DNA of 64,000 nucleotides from Yuukianura sp. NJ FZ-2021. Taxonomy: Eukaryota. This document shows positions 14,706-25,648 of this stretch, piece by piece (position 1 is the stretch's first letter; every line of letters begins with the position of its first letter). A program made the position numbers and the translations under genes. The stretch lies in assembly GCA_046563655.1 (NCBI GenBank), contig CM102286.1, forward strand, positions 10,416,001 through 10,480,000, given 5' to 3'. The notes beneath the pieces are model-generated. The model saw nothing but the letters and a program-made list of their open reading frames with translations, was not told where the DNA came from and did no database searches.

Positions 14706-16000
14706 AAGGAGTTCGAGTTTAGACACACTCCAGATTAGACGTACACTCTTTTGCTCTTAATTAAAGAACAATAGAAAACATGTTCCGAGTAAATCGCTCC
14801 CCACCACCTAATGAGCCAAAAAGTCTCTTTGGTACTGCTGCTGCAAAACGCATAGCGTCTTCACCTTTGAAACCAAACGACCAAGGAAAAGAAGACAAAA
14901 GGATTAGGGAAGAAGCATCACGCGGAAACTTAGAAGACAAAATCAACTACCTACTTTCGAAGCTTATTGACTTTGAATCTGCGATTACAAAGATCAATGA
15001 CACCGATTTCTCTGCGTTGGTCAGTGTTGTCAACAGAGTGGATGTTCTGGAAAATGAACTCGAAAAACTTAAGAGGGAGTCAATTGAATCGAACATCATT
15101 GTATACGGCATTCCAGACGCTGACACGGAAACCACAGCAGATCTAGAAGGTAAAATTGACACTCTCCTTTCCAAATTCGATTTGACCGGCACAGACTACA
15201 GCCACACCCGAAGATTGGGAAGATTCAAGCAAGGAATCCAAAGACCTCGACCAGTTCAAGTGAAGCTCATCAGGCGAAAAGACAAGTTTGAAATTTTCAG
15301 AAAACTGAAGACGCTGAGCCCCGACCCGGATTTCAAAACCATACAAATTCGCTCCGAAAAAACGGCACACGAAAGGACCGTAGAAACGAAGCTGCGAAAC
15401 ACAGCCATCGACTTGGCCAAGCTGACCCCAGGACTAAGATTCACCGTCCGGAACGGAACCTTGACGACCACAAGCAACGGCCGATCCTCGCGCTACAAAC
15501 TTGACCCCAACGGTGACATTCAACCGATACGTCAATAACCTCTCAAAAACAAATCATCATTCAACAAATTCATCATCGTTCCAACAACTTGCAAACGTAC
15601 TCGCAACCCAAATTTCGAAGGAGACTCATCCCTCGGAACTGCTGACACATCCGAATCCAAAATACATCCATAAACTCAGAATCAGCATCTTTAAACAATC
15701 TCCAAATCTTTCAAAGCCGAATCCAGCCCATCCAGCAATGCTCTATGACCTACAAAGCACCTCCAACACCAATGAAACTGCAAACAATGCACATTGCATT
15801 CGACACTCATCGTAACCAGTAATACCATGAAGACAGTTGCAAAACATCGGAACCAACGCTCATTTCAAATTTATACTAAAATTCCATTTCATTTAAATTA
15901 GTAATTTAATGTACACAAACTCCACTCGAACTCCCTCTCCATGGGCTTCGGGCCCGCAGGGAGAGTAATTTACAAATAAATAAAAAAAAAATAAAAAAAA
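14706..16000 (+). mobile_element. ORF1-only non-autonomous non-LTR retroposon (HAL1-like)
   Basis: 14-bp TSD tacttgaacactaa (14692-14705 / 16001-16014); A-rich tail; 3' stem-loop gggc-ttcgg-gccc near 15943; a single ORF and no RT. Confidence 0.88.
14780..15538 (+). CDS. LINE ORF1-like protein (coiled coil + RRM-like domain)
   Basis: Intact 252 aa. A coiled coil (RVDVLENELEKLKRE) precedes NIIVYGIPD...RRLGRF...RPRPVQVKL, typical of L1/CR1/L2-type ORF1p. Confidence 0.85.
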   Translation: MFRVNRSPPPNEPKSLFGTAAAKRIASSPLKPNDQGKEDKRIREEASRGNLEDKINYLLSKLIDFESAITKINDTDFSALVSVVNRVDVLENELEKLKRESIESNIIVYGIPDADTETTADLEGKIDTLLSKFDLTGTDYSHTRRLGRFKQGIQRPRPVQVKLIRRKDKFEIFRKLKTLSPDPDFKTIQIRSEKTAHERTVETKLRNTAIDLAKLTPGLRFTVRNGTLTTTSNGRSSRYKLDPNGDIQPIRQ

Positions 16001-18100
16001 TACTTGAACACTAATAGATGGATAGGAAGCTTCTATAATACGGTACGCGCGCTTAGAATTTTCTATTTACCTTTAATTGCAACATTTCAAAAGCTAGGTG
16101 TAGCTTCGGATATACCGTCGGATGCAAAGGCTGAAGACATGAGGCTCCATGAGTTTTTGCTGGATAAGAATTTCGTCGCTTTGCTCCACTTTATGGAAGA
16201 CTTGACAGGTATATTCAAAAAATACTCAGCCACTTTCCAGAAAGATGACAACACCTTAGCTGACGCACATTCCGTAGTAAGTAACCTAAAAACAGAAATA
16301 GGAAGTATGAACATGACGGATGGGGTTTTGGAGGGTTTTTTCAGAATCGCTCCCGATAACGAAGATGTTGATATAGCTGCACGTGTTCCTATCACATTGA
16401 GGCAATACGAGTCACAAGATACTGTTTATTACATGGGTAATAGGCTTTCTGACCAAGATGTACGGATTCGAAAACTTAGTGTACTGTCGGAAATATTTCG
16501 AGAACGAGTACTGCAGCAAACGGAAAAGTATTTCCCAGAAAGCCTCAATGCTTTTATTGTTTCAACCTTAGAGTTCTAGTTCCAGAAATTAAGAAACACA
16601 ACTCCAACGTCAACTTTTTCGGGAAGCAAGATATTATGAGGCTTGCTAAGCAGTTCTCCCTGAACGAAGTTCATACCCAGGAACAATGGGATGCACTATT
16701 GCTTTCAGTAAAATCTAGCCCACATTGGCACGTACTTGCGAAAATTAGAAGCACTCCAATGTTTTGGTACACACTCCTTAAAGATCGCAGTTTGGACTGG
16801 GAAACGAATGTGGAGGAGTTAGTTCGAATTATGTTGTCAGTTCCCTCAGGGTCGGTTGTGGTGGAAAGGGGATTCTCACAGTACAACTTGATAAAAACTT
16901 CCATTCGCACAGGATTGACCACTTCCAATATTGACGCAATGATGATTATTTAAGTCAATGGTCCTGAACCCGAGGAATTTAATGCAGCGCATTATGCTTG
17001 GGTTCGGGTATCATCCGGTCACTGGCAAGCACTAAGGGGAGAAAAATCAATTCATTATCCTACTGTACCCAAAGCTCGCGATACGCACGGTTTGTTTCAA
17101 AGTTTTATTTTTTAGCTTAGCCATCCGAAGGTAAATTTGTTAAATCTAGTGTAACACACATCTTGTCCATTCAAAATTTTGCTGAAATAAACAGAACATT
17201 GAATTCAAGTTTCTATTGTTATTCGGATTCTTTTAATCAGTAATTTTTTTTAGATATGTATTACGCCTATACAATTATTCTACTGCTGCTCATTAACTGT
17301 GATCAGTTTTCATTCACGATGACAACTGCACGCTTCAAGCTTTTCAGGTGAGCGGTGAGCGAAAGTTAAAAAAATGCCGACGTATGCTACCCTGCAGATG
17401 AGTTTGATAGCCACCTGTACTACCCTGCTATGCTACCCTGCACGTATGCTACCCTGCATGGAATTCTGGCTTTGAAAAGAGTTTGCTCTACAACACATCG
17501 CCAGAGCCCCGATAATCCCCAAATCCCCGGGAATATGGAGTTAACCCCATTTTCCCTGAGGAATCATGAAATCCCCGGGGAAAAGCTAACACTGATTTCA
17601 TTGAAATTTGCATCGTTTCTGTAAAAAAAAAACAGACGAAAAGAAAATTAAGTTTCGATAGACATGTTTTTTTTAGTTTAATATTATTAAATATCATCGT
17701 CATCAGAGTAAACGTTATTTGCTTCACTCCAAACAAACGGCGGAAGTACATAATTGCGCGAAGTAATCGTAGAGTCGTGGTACTTCATCAATTCCGAGCG
17801 GTATTCATCTATCTGAAATATCAAACTCGCTGCCTCATTTATATGTTCAAATACTTCATTTTTACCATGCCTGTTATATTTTGATTGCTTTTTAAGTTTA
17901 GTTTAACTCACTTCGCTAAAATACGTATAATAACTTTCTTCAATGACACTGAAGACCAACTGCTGAAGACGTCGCAGTTGCCCAGTTCGACTTGCGTAAA
18001 TAACTGCCTTCCAGCACTCCACGTTTTCCTCAAAAAACTTCAAATGTGTCAATACTAAAACAAAAACAAATGCGAATTAAATTCTTGGCAATTTCAAATT

Positions 18101-19646
18101 TCAATGTTCAGCTGTGGTTGAAATTGCCTTGAGAACTTGTTTTAATTCAAAGAATGAAGAAATTGTCATTATTTTATTAGTAAGGGAATGGAACTTACGC
18201 GGCAAATTCCGAAAGGAATCAATCGAATCCGACGTATTTTCAGTGTCTGGGTCAAAATTACAAATTTCTGCGTTCGAGATATATCTAGCATCTCCTGTAA
18301 GGTTGTTCCAGCAGTGTTTCATGTGAATTTTAACAGCATACTCATTGGTATACGTTTCGATGTAAACATGGATGTGGAGTTTCTTGACCTTCGGAAATCG
18401 GAAAATTCCCTCCAACGTTTCAGAACACACATACAAATCTTCAACGTTTGGTAAAACCAATGGCCAATGCCTACAATCTTCCCCACGTCGTATATTGATC
18501 TTTGCAAATTTCACATTTGGAAAAACACATCCAGAAAAACTGAACTTATCGCCGTCGTATACCATGCAGTCGAGCGTTGTGAGAACTGGAAATTCCATGT
18601 GTGGAAGTACAGGAGTGTGTAGATTGTCAACCGTCAAACGCTGCAGATTTATGAGGGAATGGAGCGGTAGTTCTAGTGGAGGCTTAGGCTGGTAAGGACA
18701 ACCGTTAAATCTCCTGTCGTCATATTTCAGAGAAAGCTTGCGCAATGGCGCCAGGTTTTCAATCCATTTTGACAAAATTTCGCCGGTTTCAGCTAGTGGT
18801 TGTGAATTGTAATTGCGAATGTCAATTCTTGCAGGCATGTATAACTGCAAATCAAGAATTGTGAATCGTGTTGAAATTGCAACCATATTTTTTAGGTCAG
18901 ATATTTTCATCATTGGAAGCTTTAGCTCTATGTCCAACTTTTGTATGTGAACGGTTCCATTGATTTTATACAGTTGGTTTAAAATGTTTGTGACAAAGGC
19001 TGGCGTTCTACAGTTTTCGATTGAAACGTTCCGGAGGTTTGGTGCTTTTTCAAAAATTTGACTCAGAAGCGAAAGGAAGTTTTCGTTTTTAGAGGTATAG
19101 TCTTCCGTGATCGTGATAGTCTTCAGATATCGGAGTATAGGAATTCCTGTGACTTCGCTCATTTCCTTATCGGCAACTATTTCTATGTAGTTTATTTCTT
19201 CCACGTTGTCGCAGTTTTCCAAGAAGATTTGAGTGTTTTTTGAAATCCAATATTTTGCCGGACGAACCGAAAAATCCTTCACGAAATTTTGCCAGAATTT
19301 CACATTTTTCCCAAACTGGACACAAAACTGCTTCAAATGCTGCGCGGTTAATATTTCGCCAAATCCAAACTTCTCAAAGGGCACAACCGATTGGTTTTCA
19401 AACATTTCCACAAACTTCACAACGTCCGAGTCATTTTTAAAGTCCACTTGAAACAATTTTGGTAGAAATGGTGTTGCTAAGAAGTTGAAGCGTATATTCA
19501 CAAGACGGAGGTTTGGAACTTCTTTCTTCCTCAAGAAGCCAATGATATCAAGCAGTATCTGAAAAATAGGTAAAGATATATAGGTTAATAGTTATTAACA
19601 AATTAGTAATTATGTTTAAGTTTACTTCATTTGGAATGTAATCCAT
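18101..19646 (-). CDS. F-box/LRR-like protein
   Basis: Micro-exon MDYIPNE (19646-19626) splices to ILLDIIGFLRKKEVPNLRLVNIRFN (F-box), followed by LxxLxL-type repeats. A further 3' exon is likely after the donor at ~18198. Confidence 0.8.
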
Positions 19647-20021
19647 GTCTTCCTCAAACAGGCTGACGCGAGGACGAAGTGGTGGGTAATTCAACGAATT
19701 AACTGATGTGTAGCCCGTACTTCTTGTGAAGAATATTATGATTACTTTGCGCTCCCGAATTAGTTAAATTGGCTTACCTGCAAAATTAACAGTACTTCTT
19801 GTTTTGCTTTAACAACTCTGAAATATTTGTAATTGTAGACTGCAAGTTGAAGTGGTGGCGGCAGCAGATAAGAAATGAGCCAGTGATACCCTACTTCCAA
19901 AAAATAAAACAAGTCCAAAAGCCACATCAGCCCAACCAAACGTAAAATCTAGTAATTCAGAGTCAACATGACAAAGTTTAGTCCGGTTTGATCAATATTT
20001 ACATTGTTTGAGTACCACAAA

Positions 20022-20863
20022 CGATTCCATGTGATTTGGCCAAAACAATTAGGCCAAAAGTGAAAGAGTCAGAGATGAAAAGGCCAGAAGTTGAATAGCC
20101 AAAAAATGAACTGACCAGAAATGAAATGGCCAAAATATGAATTGACTAAAAGTTGAAAATGCCAAAATATGAAAATGCCAAAAAGTGGAAAGATCAGAAT
20201 CATAAATGATCAGAACGGAAAATGAAAAAAAAGGGTTCCAGATACATTCCAATCGAAGTAATCGCCTTTCCCGAATTCTAGCCAAACCTAACCTAAACGT
20301 TGCAAAAACATATGTAGTCAAACCTTTAAAATAACCTAATCTAATGTAACAAAGGAAAAGCTAAAGAAATTTAACAAATAGTCTAAGGGAAAATTCTTCA
20401 TTTTCAAAATTTTGAAAAAGGACTTACAGTAAATACCGTACTTTATTGTTTGCTTCTTGTGATTCAGGGTATTTACAAGAAAAAAAAGATTGGTCAAAAT
20501 CGCGAGAAGTTGAAATTTTTGCACAGATCTGCTCTGAAACGTTGAAGATGAGTGAAATTGAGATCCATCTTTTTTAAAAACAAAAATTCAGAAATCCTCG
20601 CTTGTAAAATTTAATATTAAACGTACCGTGTTTTTGACTAATAACGAAATCATTTTCTGATCATTTTCCATCCTGATCACTTATGGTTCTGACTTTTTCA
20701 CTTTTTGGATTTTCCCTTTTTGGCCATTTTCTTTCTTTCGTCTTAACATTTTGGCCTTTTCACTTTTTGGCCATTTCATTTCTGGTCATTTCATTTTTGG
20801 CTATTCCACTTCTGGCCTTTTCACCTCGGACCATTTCATGTTTGGCCAATTCACCTGCTAACG
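20022..20863 (+). mobile_element. Foldback-like non-autonomous DNA element with 7-bp TSD
   Basis: Arms built of ~15-bp ggccaaaa/ttttggcc subrepeats; ends cgattccatgtgatttgg ... ccaattcacctgctaacg; TSD ccacaaa/ccacaga. Confidence 0.7.
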
Positions 20864-20907
20864 CCACAGACAACACTTACACCACTTCAGGAGCCTCCCC
20901 TGAATCC

Positions 20908-21440
20908 AAAAACCGCAAAGAATCCAATTGGTCAAATGTATTCGGTGGTAACCAAACCGAAGGATACCACCTTTAATTTAACCATCAACCAATTGACATT
21001 AATTAATGTGTTATTCAAACCTTAATCTCAACTTAATCATATCTGGATGGTTGGAGATCTATCAAATTACATAACCTAACCAAACCCAACTTTTTGTAAC
21101 TGTGTACAGTTTGTTTTTCGTTTTGAGAAAACCACACCTTTTGACGTCTACAAGAATGAACAAAAAAATTTCTAATCAGTAGAGTTAATTACAATTTATG
21201 CGACAACATTTTGAGTGCAAAAACCGCAAAGAATCTAATTGGTCCAACATCCTCGCTAGTAACCAAAGCAACTTTATTTGAACCACCAACCAATTGAAAT
21301 TACTTAATTTGTTATTCAAACCTTAATCATAACCTAATCATTTCCGGATGGTTGGAGAGCTATAAAATTACTCACTTTTTGTAATTTTGTAAACTTTTTC
21401 TTTTGACAAAAGCTGTTACCTTTTGACCTTTACAAGAATG
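20908..21440 (+). repeat. Diverged ~310-bp tandem duplication upstream of the TCAF-like gene
   Basis: aaaaaccgcaaagaatc...ggatggttggag...ccttttgac..tacaagaatg occurs twice (~20908-21158 and ~21218-21440). Confidence 0.75.
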
Positions 21441-22969
21441 TCTCTGCAACAAGCCTCTTTGGACACGGTGTTTGCGGGTTTAGCTGCTGGAGTTGACCTC
21501 GGTGGGGCTCCTGGCCCTATGACCATTTTTGGCCCCCGGCATTTCCAATTTTGGCTGGAAAATCTGATCATGATATGGCTCACGTCAAGCGATTGGGGCT
21601 GCGGCGTACTTTGGTGAAGGGCGTGTCGTTGGATTTGGACATGACACCTATACGCGTCCTAAATCAGAACTTCAGAATCAACTTCTGCGCAACTGCGTTG
21701 TTTGGACGAGTGCTGGAAGTGGCAGGGCTCCAGGCGCTTTATCGGTTGGAATTATTGGATTCAACCAATATTTGAAAAACTGGGCACCGGATACGGTTTT
21801 CAAAATTAGCGAAATTGATGCCGAGTCGCTCCGGGACGGAAAAGAGCTAAACGGATTCGACGCAGTCATAGTTGGCGATGTAAATCTAGTGACGCAAGTA
21901 GTGGCAGATGCTTTGAAGTAACTTCATTAAGAGAGGTGGTGGCTTGGTGGTTGCTGGAACGGTTTCTAAACTCGGACAATATTTTGACATTTGCACCGAA
22001 TTTGGTAAGTCTTTTAAAACAAAATTAACAAGCAACTTTTTATTTTCTTTTGAAATTTTTGGAATTTTTGTAACACAGATTTGCCATGACGCTGGATTCG
22101 GCTGGACTGGAGAGTACGAAGTGACGGCGATCAACTCCGACCAGTGGAAGCCCGATCACGATTTACTTGAAAACATTCATGCCGGGAAAGCCTGGAACTT
22201 GTTGGTCAATATTGGAGGTCACGTGATCGACTCCACCCTGGAGGCTCAACTTAAGGCCAGTTACTTTTTGGCCAAAAACTATCTTCCCTCGGGCCATCCG
22301 TTAGTCGTGGCCATTTCAGAAAACAGGACCGTCCGGTACAATGACGACGACATTAAAGAGTTACTCAAAGGCCTAGAAGATGGCCTTGAAAAGTCCGGCA
22401 CTGTTGGCATGATGAGTGTTTACGGTCCTGATGCTTTTCTAATTCTCCCGGGACAACTTGACACAGAAAGACAAGCAGCGGGCGGAGCTACCCGGTTCGG
22501 AAATGGACGAATCACAGCCTTTGGTCATACTTGCTTCACCAATCCAACGCTGCCAACTACTTCCAGAATGCTGACGAACTGTGTGTATTGGACAGGAGGG
22601 AAGAAAAATGGCGGAGAAAAACTGCGCGTGGGAATTTTGGAAAAGTATTGGATCAAGGATTGGCTGACAATGAGTCAAAACATGGGAAACTTCCATTTTG
22701 AATATTTCGGAACTCTGAAGAAGTCACTGAAATGTTGGGTAACATTGACACTTTGGTAGTCACCGAAGTCGATGCACTTAGGAATTCTGAGCATATCAAG
22801 CTCGTCCGACAGTTTATCGTCAATGGTGGAGGTCTCGTCATACTTGCAACTGCTTGGGCAGTAAAAACGGACTTGAAGACAGATTTCAGCGGCAATTTGG
22901 TAAAATTTAAACAAAATCTTTCTCGTAAGGCCATTTTCAGTTTAAAATGTTATCCGATGGTTCGTCCAC

Positions 22970-23353
22970 CAGTAACGGTGTAAATTCGGATTTTAGTTCC
23001 GGATATTTAACGGATATGCATCCTTCCAAATCCGGATTTAAAAAAAATCGAATCCGGATTTAACGGATTTTGTGTTGCATATGACGGTATGGAGAGTCGA
23101 AAACTCGAAGTCGACAAACGCAAAATTTAATTTAGGTAAAAAAAATTCCTACTCCAAATTAATCAAAACAAGCATTCCTGAAGTCCGGTAAAACTTTCCT
23201 TTTTCAATACTTGGAGTTTAAAATAAAAAGAGGACGAAAAACTGAAAAATGTTCTAATGGGAAATCCGGATTAAAATCCGGAGTTTTGAATCCAAATCGG
23301 CAAAAATCCGAAGTCTGGATTTGTAAAAATCGGTAACGGATTTACACCCCCTA
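22970..23353. mobile_element. Degenerate MITE in intron 2 of the TCAF-like gene
   Basis: ggtgtaaattcgg / cggatttacacc ends with many internal tccgga/cggat repeats. TSD unclear. Confidence 0.5.
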
Positions 23354-24969
23354 CGCACCACCAATAACATTCATAACATTTTCCTAACTTTTTTTTCAGT
23401 TGCTACAAGACACCGGAGTTGCTTGGAATGGCTCCTACGAACCGATGCCAATTGAATCCGACAAAATTGGCTACACTTTCCGTGCAGAATACTTGGAAGA
23501 TACGAACGCCAGCATATGCTGGGAATTGTTGCTATGGCACTTGACCAACAGAATCCGACTTCCAGAAGATCGGCTTAATCAAATCGCAGCAATACTTAGT
23601 GTTGCTGCCGACTCGGTAGCAAATACCGGCCCAGCAAGTTTTCACGCCAAATTGAAATTTGAACTGGAAGAAGCGGGAATAAAGGAGAGCATTCCTTCTC
23701 AACACCATGCAATTTCAGACACTTTGGAAAAATTCAAAATCAAAATGATGGTTAACTATGTTTACAACGCAGAGGAAGCTCCAGGCAGTACAGATCACAC
23801 ATGCCACTGTCATCCAGCAGCCTGCTACTTTCCTGAACTCCCTTCATCAGGGGCCGTCAGAGTTCAAGGTCACTCGGTTCAAATTGAAACTACAGTAGGG
23901 TGTAGGATCGGATCTTACGGCCATTTATTTTTAGCTCAGCCGCGGGGGCTAGTCGGGCGCAATATTGGGGAGGGGAAAACCCCTCAAAAAATACATAATC
24001 ACAAAATCTCAACATATAAAATGGCAAAAAGTCAAAAATGCCAACAACAAGAAAGGCCGACATCAATAAGGTCGACAACAAAAAAGTCAAAACACAAGTA
24101 TTGAAGTATTGGAATTTTTCATAGAAAATTCGAAAAGTTCTTTTCAAAACAACTTGTCACAAGAAAAAACGTTTTTTGAAAATATTTTAAAATAGCATTC
24201 AACCATTGTTTCGATGGCTACTTAAACAGCGAGCTCTGATTCTAGAAATCGTCAGTTCTGAACTTAGTAGTGGAAATTACAACATTCCTACTCCATAGCC
24301 ATTCTCAAAAGATGGAATTGGGGAGGGGAAAACCCTCAAAATCTAAAAAGTTTCCAACGACAAAACACTGACAAAAATATCAACATCAAAAATATCAACA
24401 ACAAAAATGTCAACAACGAGTACACTGATGAATCTAAATATTCATCGTTTATCCCAGCAAATACACCGTTTAACCTGACAAATTCAACGATTACCCTGAG
24501 AAATCCACTGATCAACCTAACAAATTCGCTAAATAACTTATGAAAATGGCCGCCTACGCTAATCCCTTTGTTGTTCAAAATTATTGAAAGCTGTCTCTAA
24601 CCGTATGAAACCGTATGTAGCCGTCTGTAACTGACTACGACGCTTCCGGAATCTATTTTTTAGAACTCGCATACACTACGCCACGTTCCCGGCCGCCGTG
24701 AAAACTTCAGAATTTGCTAATCAAAGTCTCCAGAAGTTCTCCAGTATCAAGACCGCTGTCCAACTTTCCAGATCCCCCAATATTTTAAAAGATGGCTACA
24801 GAGTACAAAGTATTCAAGCTGAAACGCTTGAACACCTCATGGCTACAGCGTTGGATTTATCAAGCCCAGTCCTGGGGGAGCCTTTGGGCCGTGTGAGCCA
24901 GCCTTTGGACGCCAGCCCTTGGACGCCAGCCCTCAATTCGCATGAATTTTTAACGTAATATAACAACTT

Positions 24970-25475
24970 CACTGCATAATACAATGGCCTCTCTACATAA
25001 CACAATGGCGTCTCTGCATAATACAATGGCCTCTCTGCATAATACAATGGCCTCTCTGTATAATACAATGGTCTCTCTGCATAACACAATGGCCTCTCTG
25101 CATAATACCATGGCCTCTCTGCATAATACCATGGCCCAGTTGTATAATACCACAACGTCATTACATAATGCCGAGTTTATTCTGGACAACATAGCGAGTT
25201 TGCGAGAGTAAAGTCAGACTTTGTCAATGTCACGGGAACTTACTCCGTGAGTACACCTTTGCAGAGTTCTTCCTCGGAATTATTTCCCGCAGGTAACCTT
25301 CCTTCGAGAGTCAGATCATCGTCAATACCATGGTCACGTTGTATAATACCATGGTCACATTGTATAATACCATGGTCACGTTGTATAATACCATGGTCGC
25401 GTTGTATAATACCATGGTCACGTTGTATAATGCCATGGTCACGTTGTATAATACAATAACCTCACTGCATAATAC
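24970..25475 (+). repeat. Two 21-bp tandem arrays in the left TIR
   Basis: Units ATAATACAATGGCCTCTCTGC (~24970-25170) and ATAATACCATGGTCACGTTGT (~25323-25475); mirrored at ~28115-28590. Confidence 0.95.
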
Positions 25476-25546
25476 AACATTTTTTGTCAATTTTACATCC
25501 AACCACCACCACCACCACAACCCCAACGTGCCCACCCATGCAAAAG

Positions 25547-25612
25547 TATAAATAGCGACGTTGACTTGCTCATCTCTCAGTTTCATTTCAGACGTTGAGC
25601 TGTGAAGACGTG
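25547..25612 (+). promoter_or_regulatory. Pol II core promoter (TATA-Inr-DPE) at the inner end of the left TIR
   Basis: TATAAATA 25547-25554; arthropod Inr TCAGTT 25577-25582 (A+1 = 25579); AGACG exactly at +28 to +32 (25606-25610). Confidence 0.8.
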
Positions 25613-25648
25613 AAGATTTTACCATCTGGAGCGGTTAGGCTAACAGTC

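Larger units (their letters stand above)
13500..17115 (+). pseudogene. hAT transposase pseudogene
   Basis: CRHC...KRHLNGDRH zinc finger; SLIIDTSTD; GYASDGANV; KCLAHRLQL; NTNRW restored across the insertion; C-terminal dimerisation motif SVPSGSVVVERGFSQYNLIKT. Contains stops and frameshifts. Confidence 0.85.
11177..17417 (+). mobile_element. hAT DNA transposon (ZNF862/DUF4371-type transposase), decayed, with a nested retroposon
   Basis: ~64-bp TIRs (caggtggctatcaaactcatctgcagggtagcatacgtcggcat..., 11177-11241 and 17354-17417) enclose transposase fragments. No clean 8-bp TSD. Confidence 0.85.
23894..25616 (+). repeat. Left TIR (1723 bp)
   Basis: Reverse complement of 27965-29684, apart from scattered substitutions and repeat copy number. 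Confidence 0.97.

Noticed and set aside
23894..24104. C-terminal part of ORF 23400-24104
   Set aside because: Read-through from the host exon into the TIR; the true continuation is at 29690.
24970..25475. CRISPR-like array
   Set aside because: Units are head-to-tail with no unique spacers, there are no cas genes, and the context is eukaryotic.
24814..25625. ORFs of heptad repeats (MASLHNT, MVTLYNT, LCREAIV) and their mirrors at 28030-28721
   Set aside because: Translations of 21-bp tandem DNA repeats, open in several frames on both strands; no evidence of coding.
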